Part shown: piece after piece, positions 48,637-57,523 of the stretch
How the letters are laid out: the number at the start of each line of letters is the position of its first letter
How positions within the stretch are numbered: the stretch's first letter is position 1
NCBI GenBank assembly: GCA_024704765.1
Contig: JAKMXF010000354.1
Location: 233,690 to 297,689 of the forward strand
Length of the DNA: 64,000 nt
From: Oopsacas minuta
Lineage: Eukaryota; Animalia; Porifera
Reading direction: 5' to 3'
Program-made: the position numbers and the translations under genes
Notes under the pieces: model-generated
The model's input: the letters and a program-made list of their open reading frames with translations, nothing else
Told to the model about the DNA's origin: nothing
The model's database searches: none

Positions 48637-51207
48637 ATGAATCTTTCAGGTACCCTTTCTCCTACAAAATTAATGCCTGAGAGAGTGAGTCTAAACATAA
48701 CAAGAATGTCAAAAGTTGATTTGTATCGTACGACAAGCCTTTCTTCTCAGAATTCAGACTCTCTTTATCCCAACTTATTACCAGGGAAGAGAGCACCAGC
48801 TATAGGGGAACATAATTCCTCTGAATTAGAAGAAGTTCGTCCTGATTTGAAGAGGATCACTCGCTCTTCCCGTAGAGGTGAGGCTATTTCTTCTAAAGAG
48901 CCGAAAGTCGACCCTATTGAAAGGAAAATTAAGACTGAAAAATCTAAGAAATTTGCTAGAAAATCTAACAGAAAGTTAAAAAATAAAAATCCTATTAAAA
49001 ATCGTGAAAAAGAATCTGAATATTCAAGTGAAGCTGAAGATTCCGATATCTTCTCTCCTCCATTGGTGTTACTCGTATCTATCCCGATTGAAAACTCGAG
49101 TATTAACGGAGAAGATGACTCCTCCATTTCTGATACACTCAGTGAAATTTCAACACCTAACATTCACAAGGGTAAGGATATAAGAAACTTGGAGGAAGAT
49201 TATGATTCTAGATCAGCTGATAACAGCTGTGATGATTCTAACTCAATGGTTAGCTCGAAGGAAGATTCTGCTAGAGAAGAGGAAATACTGGATTTGGTGG
49301 ATGGGGAGAAGAAATTACAGACATGGGAGCAACAACCTTCTTCTAGTGAATCAGAGGGAGATTCTCAATCAGAAAGTGAAGTGGAATCTCAAAGGACTAC
49401 TCGATCCCATAAACTAACATCAAGTGAGAAAATAATCGAAAATAATCAAACTGATAAGTCTGGTAAATCTATTCCAAGTAAGAAGAGGATAACGAAGAAG
49501 AATGAGCGCGAAAATTCGCGATTTCAACAATCTGTTAGAACTTCTAACAAGCGCAAATCGTACCGAAACAAACTAGAAATTAATAAAGTAGATAAGAACA
49601 GGAAAAAAGTAGAACATATAATTCAGCTAGACAAACAGCTGGGCAAGGATCAGCTGGATACAGTTTTATTAGAGAGTTATAATATTCTAAGGAGTCGGGA
49701 TCAACAGGCAATATTCTTCAGTCCTGTCACTGATGACATGGCTCCTGGCTATTCTAAGCTGATCACACAACCGATGGACTTCTCTCGTATGAAAGATAAG
49801 ATTGAGAGAGGAGACTACAGTCGGTTAGAGGAAATATACAATGATTTCTTATTAATGTGTCAGAACGCTATGTCTTACAATAAACCAACTACATTTTATT
49901 ACAGGACTGCTAAGAGGATTAAAGAGACGGGGGTTAAGAGTTTGGAGAAGATGGCAAGAGCTCGTCTCACTTCTCAGGAGAATATACGTTCTGTGAGTTC
50001 TCATACAAGTAGTCATAACTCAGATATTAATAATGAAAATAAAGACATGAATGATATCACAGGTCCTCTCGTGGTGAAGATAGACAGGAGTATCTTACCT
50101 GCATTCCCAGCCAGGCTCTCTCCTGTTGGCATAACTCCACTTAAGAATGTTAGTAGTCAAGGAGATGTTACACAAGCAGACTCACATCCTGTAGATGAAG
50201 AAAAATCATCATCAAATTGTTTGAATGCAAATTTAAAACTTCTAGAAACTTTAGGTGTGACGTCATCAGCATTAAGTAGTACGATTAAAGCACAGAAAGA
50301 CGTAATTAATCCAGATACAGCATTACTTCCTCCTCCTTCCTCTTTCACTCACTCGCTCTCTCCCAAAAACCAAACTACGACACGAAGTCAAACCAGTACA
50401 ACTGATACTACAGCTAAGCTATCAACAGTTGATATCAATACACACAATCAAAACCCTCCTACTAGCAAGAAACAGCTGACTCCTTTGGAAATAAAACAAA
50501 GAAAATACAAGAAAAGACAGGAACAGATTCATCAGAGATTGTATACTCGTGCTACTCAGGCCAGGAGGATATACAGAGGCTCTCTTGCACCTGTCAAACC
50601 CCTCAACTACGGATCTTTCGCTTCCTTCGCTCCCAGCTATGACAGCTCTTTTGCTAACATTAACGGACAGGAGACAGATAAAGTGTATTCGTTACTAGAC
50701 CACAGGGAACTGAATGAGTGTGACAATACCATGGTATATACGAGTGAGTTTCAAGATGCCATTTGCTACGAATTAATCTTTGACTTGCGATTAATTTGTT
50801 AGATATATTAATTTTATCTCCTATTTATAGACTACAACGAAGAGGTATCTCCTTTCTACCTACAGCTAGCAGATGGTATCCTGAATCTGGATAAAGATAT
50901 CAATACTTATGCTAAGAATTCTTATCGAAGAACATACCGAGACACTAGTATGCCTCCAGATATAATCAGAATGCATATGTTAAGACAGCCAGCAATTCAG
51001 GGTGAGATGCGACGTAGAATGGAGTTACCTCCTGACGCCAGAGTTCAGCAACAGCTGGACGATATGTTACAACAATCAGCTGAGCTGATTAGCAGTCTCA
51101 GTCAGAAACAAAGCAGAGAGGAGAATCTAACTGGAGCAGAAGAGTTAGACAAAATTAATAAGATTTTAATGACTATTGGAACAACTCTCAAATCAAATGA
51201 TCTATGA
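48637..51207 (+). CDS. BRD7: Bromodomain protein BRD7/BRD9-like; intron 50744-50830
   Basis: Bromodomain FFSPVTDDMAPGYSKLITQPMDF...LMCQNAMSYNKPTTFYY; DUF3512-type LNYGSFASFAPSYDSSFAN; phase-1 GTGAGT...TAG intron. Start codon and BRD7 versus BRD9 identity uncertain. Confidence 0.85.
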
Positions 51208-51273
51208 TATTACTTGCATAGTTAAAATAATATATACATTGTATAAGTGTGTTTTTCCAATCAATTAAATTAG

Positions 51274-52815
51274 ATGCGAAAGAGATTTGTGTATCTAATA
51301 GGAACCCTAATGTTGGTCAGCTTCGTAATGAAATTAACGGCAAGATGGGACTCAGAGAATCGTAATGTAAATCTTTTGTTTGAACTTCAACAAATGAAGA
51401 ACAGCTATATCAATGCAACATTAGAATTGGATAAAGTTAGAGGAAAGCTAAGTGTTAATACAACACATCCTCTGATACAAACGAAATCAAACACAATTGT
51501 AATACCTGATATCAATAAGAATAACAACAATAAAGATCCTCTTCAAAATACAAAGTTTAATCACAAGAAACCAGGGAATGATCATCCATTCGTATTGCTC
51601 AGTGACATTTCAATAGACAAGTTTCGTATTATTCCAGAGAAAGGAAGGAAAAATTACAAATTCGTGTTTGGAATACCAACAATTGCCAGGCCTCATAAAG
51701 AAAAATATTTACTCGAAACTCTAGATTCTCTCCTTAAAGATCCTGCAAGTTTTCAAGAGCTCAATATTCTAATTATCATTTTTGTTGCTGACATGGAAAC
51801 TGATAGATGCACATCTGTCTCCAATATGGTTACAGAGAAACACAGAGAACTCATCGATGGAGGTTTCATAGAGATCCTCTGTCCACATCCTAATCTCTAC
51901 CCGTCTCTAGATAACGTGAGACAGACATTAGGTGATCCAGAAGATCGGTTTAAATGGCGATCAAAACAGAATTTAGATTTTGCTTTCTTGATGTGGTATG
52001 CTAGTGGAAAAGGAGAATATTACCTGCAATTGGAGGATGACATCATAGCTAGTGAAGGGTATACTTACCACCTCAACAGTTATGTGGATAAAGTGAAAAA
52101 TGATTTTTGGTTCCTTATACACTTCACACAGTTAGGATTCATAGGCAAGTTATTGAAGGGTAACGATCTGCTATCATTTGCTCAGTACTTACTACTCTTC
52201 TACATGAATCAACCATGTGATTGGCTACTATACGATTATGGAAGGGGACTTGTTTGTTACTCAGGATTAGATGAAAAGGAGTGCAGGTCTCTTCTAGACA
52301 GTGTCTATTTAATGCACACACCTGCTCTCTTCCAACATGTGGGAACTGTATCTAGTCTTGGAGGTAAGATTCAGAATTTGAAGGACCCAACATTTCAGGA
52401 ACATTTAGCTCTGCCCAAAAATCCTATCTACTCAAATCCTCCAGCTGTAGTCACTTCAACTTTTTCAATTTACCTACATAACACTGCTAATATATTATAC
52501 GAAGGGGTTGGAATGCTATGGTCAGATAAAGTCCTGGAAGGAAATCACATAATAGTCGAGTTTTTACATCCACAAGAGTTGAAGGGGATTCAAATACGAT
52601 CAGGTAATCTAGATAATCAGGAAGACACTTTTGAGAATGGAGTAGTCGAGTTTAAAAGGGCTATGAATGAAGAGTATGAATACTGGTGTGATTTTACAGA
52701 TGGAGAAGCGTTTATATATTCTTCAGAATCAAAGCTGATACATGCGATACGAGTAATAGCGATTGAAAGTCAAAAACACTGGCTACTAATCTCACATTTT
52801 GAATGTTTGAATTAG
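51274..52815 (+). CDS. MGAT4: Alpha-1,3-mannosyl-glycoprotein 4-beta-N-acetylglucosaminyltransferase (GT54)
   Basis: N-terminal signal anchor; FGIPTIAR..YLLETL, KWRSKQNLDFAFLM, YYLQLEDDI, FTQLGFIGKL, LFQHVG..SSLGGKIQNLKD; C-terminal lectin-like domain. Confidence 0.92.
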   Translation: MRKRFVYLIGTLMLVSFVMKLTARWDSENRNVNLLFELQQMKNSYINATLELDKVRGKLSVNTTHPLIQTKSNTIVIPDINKNNNNKDPLQNTKFNHKKPGNDHPFVLLSDISIDKFRIIPEKGRKNYKFVFGIPTIARPHKEKYLLETLDSLLKDPASFQELNILIIIFVADMETDRCTSVSNMVTEKHRELIDGGFIEILCPHPNLYPSLDNVRQTLGDPEDRFKWRSKQNLDFAFLMWYASGKGEYYLQLEDDIIASEGYTYHLNSYVDKVKNDFWFLIHFTQLGFIGKLLKGNDLLSFAQYLLLFYMNQPCDWLLYDYGRGLVCYSGLDEKECRSLLDSVYLMHTPALFQHVGTVSSLGGKIQNLKDPTFQEHLALPKNPIYSNPPAVVTSTFSIYLHNTANILYEGVGMLWSDKVLEGNHIIVEFLHPQELKGIQIRSGNLDNQEDTFENGVVEFKRAMNEEYEYWCDFTDGEAFIYSSESKLIHAIRVIAIESQKHWLLISHFECLN

Positions 52816-53054
52816 GATTTTCAAACTAGGATTAATGATATCACTCTATCAATTTTCCCTTTTCAAGAAATATTAATTTTATTATTTTACGGGGCTGTAA
52901 TAATTTTCGCCTGTGAAAAGCAGTAAGAACATAAGTACTGATTTTGTTATGGTTTGCAAACTTTACACATATTTTTGTATGGCTCGCGCTAGCGAACAAC
53001 ATAATGACATTTAGTATAGTATTAACTTAATGACATGTAGCCAGAATTAACATA

Positions 53055-53429
53055 CAGTCGAACCTCCGAGTTTCGGGTATCATTTCCAAAACGTTCATTT
53101 GAATATTTTCAGCTAATTTCCCTTATAATAGAGTTATCTTCAGTTGTACTGCATGTCTATCTTACTAACCGCAAACCGTTAATCATCTAGATTCGCCAAT
53201 TCAAATGCACCTCAATATAGCACTGGAAAGTTGTGTAGTAACATAACTTAATTGTCTCTCTTACCTGGGGTATGAAAACATTGAGTTGTGTCGAATTAGT
53301 AAATTGATGGATTATCCAAGTTAACTTTTCATTCATAATTTCGAGGATGTCAAAATTGGATCTACAATCTGGTGAGATTGTTATTTCTGAATTCCGGACG
53401 AGACTGCCCGGATCTCTTAGGTTCTACTG
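53055..53429. mobile_element. Tc1/pogo-type MITE (~375 bp)
   Basis: TA|CAGTCGAACCTCCGAG ... CTCTTAGGTTCTACTG|TA; TA TSD; right end shared with the element ending at 8919. Confidence 0.75.
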
Positions 53430-53551
53430 TACTACCCAAATCATAAACTGAATGTAAAACTTAATTAATTATTGAAAAAACTAACTCAATTACACTCAAA
53501 AGATAAGACTAGTAGTCCTCAGAAGGAGAACAGAATACGAAACTAGACCTA

Positions 53552-55462
53552 TTAGTCAGCTGGAGTTACTGTTTCAGGTTGGTCCTGATTCAGCTTCATG
53601 CTGACAGGGATAGACAAATTATGCTTGAATATGTTTTGTGGATCACTCGCACTCTTTGTCGAAACCAGTTTATCCAGATTATCCTCAAAGTATAATCTCA
53701 GGACTGCTTCCTTAGCCTCATGTTCATTTACTCCATATTCATGGCGTATAACATCTATCATTTCAGTATCAATATAATTGTAATAACATCCATCAACTAT
53801 TCTATCAGGGTCTAGAGGTATTGTGGGATTGGCACATGATGATTTAGGCTTTGTATTAGTTGCCCCACCATCCTCCCTTAACTCACCTGGTATGTAATAG
53901 GGATCAGGCACGCCTCCAGTCTTACTGTAAACTTCTTTAAACATCTGATTGATCCAAAGTATATGAATCCAATCTTGGAACGCATTGAAACTATCGTATG
54001 GTATCTCAATCTCATTCATCTCAATTATAGACTTAGGCACTGGGGCTCTCTTCCAATAGGTTTGGTATTGCAGTTTCATGAATGAGTCTCTTTGAGGAAT
54101 TGCTGTTTCATCTGGAGCTATTGTATTGATATATACTCCATAGCTATCAACCTGGACCAGTGACTGTGTCATGTCCACAAAATTCTTCGTTGCTAAGTCC
54201 TTTACGAAATTATCATAGTATTTATTGGTAGTATCAGGGAAACGACCTGCTAAGTCTGCTAACTCTTTGTTTCCCATGGTTAGGAATCTGTATAGCGCTA
54301 TACATTGATCATCTGGGAAATGTTTACGCATATAAGATGATTTATATTTTCCACATTGATTACTGCCAGAAGAATTTAGTGTTTGTGCAGCCTCAAACCA
54401 TGTCAGCTGTTGGGCAATGTTCAGAATGCCTTTTGTGCTAGGATGGCCTACACCAGGAATTGTAGTACTTTTCAAGGTGATTCCAGCATTTTTCAGGTCA
54501 TTTGTAAATTTTAAGAACTTGTCCTGATAGTAAATCTCATCTTGGTTAAAAACTGATTGGAAAAGGAGAGGTATTTCTCCTGCGGATTGATGCATTAAAG
54601 GTAACAGGGTAAAATAAGGAAAATCATTATTAACCAATTCCCAATACAACTTTAGCATGATTATGAATTTTCCGAGGTCTAATCCATTCCAATCGACAGA
54701 GAGTGTCTCCAAGTAAGCGTACTGAGGCGATTGTGGCAGATTCTCGAAATAGTAACAAGTTATAATCCCGAAGTTTCCACCACCTCCCCCTTTACATGCC
54801 CACAACAATTCCTGGTCACCTTTATCTGTTGAGTCAGCCCTGATCTTCTTTAACTCTAATTTATCGTCTTTATCAACACACAAAATATCTACACCGCTTA
54901 GATAGTCTATTGTCAAACCGAATTTCCTCGACAACAATCCATAACCACCTCCACATATGTGTCCACCTAATCCAACACTATAGCACGATCCACCAGGTAT
55001 CACTAGACCGAATTTCCGATACAACTCTTTCACTAGCCACCAATTGGTGCCACCAGCCTCAGCTCCATATGACTTATCACATCCACTTAACTTAAAGACT
55101 TTGTTCATTAATGAAAGGTCGATAACAGCTAGTATTTCCTTATTATAAACAAAATTCTCATAACAATGACCGCCTCCTTTGATGGAGAAATGATGTCTAT
55201 GCTTAGTGTTCGACAAGACTTCATTTAATGCCTGTTTCACTTCGTCAGTGGTTGTAGGAAGATAGATAACCTCACAATTGTTGGCTTCAAACCGCATATT
55301 AAACCCTTGTATTAATCCGACATACTGTATCGACTGTCTAGTAACCTTCAGACAATCTACCGGATCTACAGTTTCCAGTTGTGGTAGTTGTGTAGGTGGT
55401 AAGGCTGCCTGAGGTGCTGGTGCAATTGTATTACGTGTAGACCCTGTACATATTTGCCCCAT
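53552..55462 (-). CDS. FAD-linked oxidase, BBE/hexose-oxidase family, intronless
   Basis: GFNMRF, GGGHCYENFV, PGGSCYSVGLGGHICGGG, GGGGGNFGIITCYYF, GSNQCGKYKSSYM, KLQYQTYW, GGVPDP, GCYYNY, DPQNIF. This motif series matches Chondrus hexose oxidase and actinobacterial AknOx/Dbv29-type enzymes. Confidence 0.9.
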   Translation of the reverse strand: MGQICTGSTRNTIAPAPQAALPPTQLPQLETVDPVDCLKVTRQSIQYVGLIQGFNMRFEANNCEVIYLPTTTDEVKQALNEVLSNTKHRHHFSIKGGGHCYENFVYNKEILAVIDLSLMNKVFKLSGCDKSYGAEAGGTNWWLVKELYRKFGLVIPGGSCYSVGLGGHICGGGYGLLSRKFGLTIDYLSGVDILCVDKDDKLELKKIRADSTDKGDQELLWACKGGGGGNFGIITCYYFENLPQSPQYAYLETLSVDWNGLDLGKFIIMLKLYWELVNNDFPYFTLLPLMHQSAGEIPLLFQSVFNQDEIYYQDKFLKFTNDLKNAGITLKSTTIPGVGHPSTKGILNIAQQLTWFEAAQTLNSSGSNQCGKYKSSYMRKHFPDDQCIALYRFLTMGNKELADLAGRFPDTTNKYYDNFVKDLATKNFVDMTQSLVQVDSYGVYINTIAPDETAIPQRDSFMKLQYQTYWKRAPVPKSIIEMNEIEIPYDSFNAFQDWIHILWINQMFKEVYSKTGGVPDPYYIPGELREDGGATNTKPKSSCANPTIPLDPDRIVDGCYYNYIDTEMIDVIRHEYGVNEHEAKEAVLRLYFEDNLDKLVSTKSASDPQNIFKHNLSIPVSMKLNQDQPETVTPAD

Positions 55463-56696
55463 CTTGAACTATACAAATAATGCAATGTATATTTAAGGAG
55501 CCTATATATAGTGTCTCTCAGTGTTACTACGTATAAGGCTCATATCCAATCTGGGTAATTAATCAAAACCTAAATATTAACAGCTAATCACTAATATAGA
55601 GATTATATATTGTTTTCTTTACATCTGATTCCATCATCATTTTACGGGTAATATATGTATATGATAATTTAGTTAGAGGATGCGGATCTTCACTTTAGGA
55701 AATATATTATTTCATACTGACAATTAGTGTACATACATGCATGGATATTTAAGAATCTGTTTTATATGGGGCTAGGCGGCAGACCCTCTTACTATCAATC
55801 GCTATATTTTTCCTGGTTAATATCCTAGCTTTGAGTTATTACCTCTTTAATTTTACTTACAAATTCTATATTATAGGGAATATTCGGCATTCATTAGTTG
55901 GGTTAGGTCTCCTATTGAAAGAGGTCAATTGTACACGAAAGAGGATAATTGTCTACTATCTAGCGTAATTGTATATTTAAAAGTTCAATGTTACTTAAGG
56001 TACTAATACTAAACAGCTTATTGGTGTGATATATGCATTTTACTCAAAACGAGTTTATTATAAATATTCATAGTGTTAACTTTGTTATTTTTCTTATTTC
56101 ATTTGTTCTTTATCATGCTTTTGATGATGTTCTACTCTTTTAAGTTCATGTATTTGATTCCCTGTTCTCTCGTTTATGTATTCGTAGTAATATGACAGTG
56201 CCCAGTACATTTTTCGAAGGTTTGTTCTACTTGGTTATTATTCATATCAATCAAATATTTCTCCGGGTTCTTCATGCACATTCCTTGTCTTACCATTGTT
56301 ATCATGTTTGACGCGTATATAATGCTACTTGTCGCTTTCATTCTCTTTTCTATGAGCCTTTGTTTACATTATATTCATAAAAGCACTAATAAATTACAAA
56401 AGAGAAAGTTGAAAATGCGAAGTTCTGGTTCAGCGTATTGTGTTACACATGTGTAGCCGTTTAGAGCAACCCTGTACGTATATTTTGAGATTTGGAGAAT
56501 TTGTTAAGCTTATTCTCATAAAAAAACAACAATAAGTTACATATTATTCATCCAAAAGTGTGAAAATTGGATTCAACATATTCGATATATTTAGTGAAGT
56601 TTTATTGAATTCTATATACTTCCTTGATGATAAACATGATAAATACATAGTTATGCGACAATTTCAAAATTGCATAGCGTAGATCCTTTCCTTGAC

Positions 56697-56717
56697 AACA
56701 AACAAACAAACAAACAA
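56697..56717. repeat. (AAAC)n microsatellite
   Basis: ACAAACAAACAAACAAACAA run. Confidence 0.8.
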
Positions 56718-56797
56718 TCGATGAGATTTAAAAATATAGATTCTTGTACATGTCTTAAAGTTTCCAGCGGTTTCTAGCAGTTTCTGGCAGCTTCTAC

Positions 56798-57089
56798 CAA
56801 CATATGGTGAATATCTGTTTACTTTACATTCATAAAGTAAACAAATTTCAAAATTGTGGCAGAATCATGCTTTTAAAGGCTATACTGGGGTAACCGAGTT
56901 TCCTGAGTCCGATTATGATATTGTACACAACATATAGTGAATTTTTGTTTACTTTTAGGTACATAAAGCAAACAAACTTTAACATTGTGGTAGATTCATA
57001 CTTTCAACGGTTATACAGGGGTAATCGAGTATGTTGAGTCCGAATATGATATTGTAAACAACATATTGTAAATATTTGTTTACTTTTGG
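56798..57089 (+). repeat. ~130-bp tandem repeat, ~2.3 copies
   Basis: CAACATAT.GT.AAT.T.TGTTTACTTT at 56798, 56928 and 57059 (periods 130 and 131). Confidence 0.85.
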
Positions 57090-57523
57090 GGAAATATGTA
57101 ATTATTTTTATTTTTGTTTATTAATTGTCCAAATACATTTAACCACTACACGAAAGGGTTAATTATACACGAAGCAACCTGATTGTCCTTTTGCATTATG
57201 AGCTTGGTGAATGCAATTTTTTCCCTTGTTCATGTTTCATTGTTTTAGTAACCTTCTAAACTGAAACTCTTTCATTCTCTATTGCTTTTTGTACTGAAAT
57301 TCATTCAAATTTCCTTGCGTTCCTTTAACCTGTTCTGAAGAGGTTTTCAAACATGACACAAACATACTAGTCATCATAATTACTATTTAATATAACATAC
57401 TTAAGAATAAGAAATCGTAAAATCGCACTTAAGATTTTATTCTTTATTACGTAAATATTGAAAAACAAATTAATAATATTACAAATTTATTAAAATCCTA
57501 CCAAGTACCAGAATTAGATAATC

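Noticed and set aside
56095-56370. Purine-rich coding-like stretch on the minus strand (LRKMYWALSYYYEYINERTG...)
   Set aside because: Several in-frame stops and unassignable; at most a pseudogene remnant.
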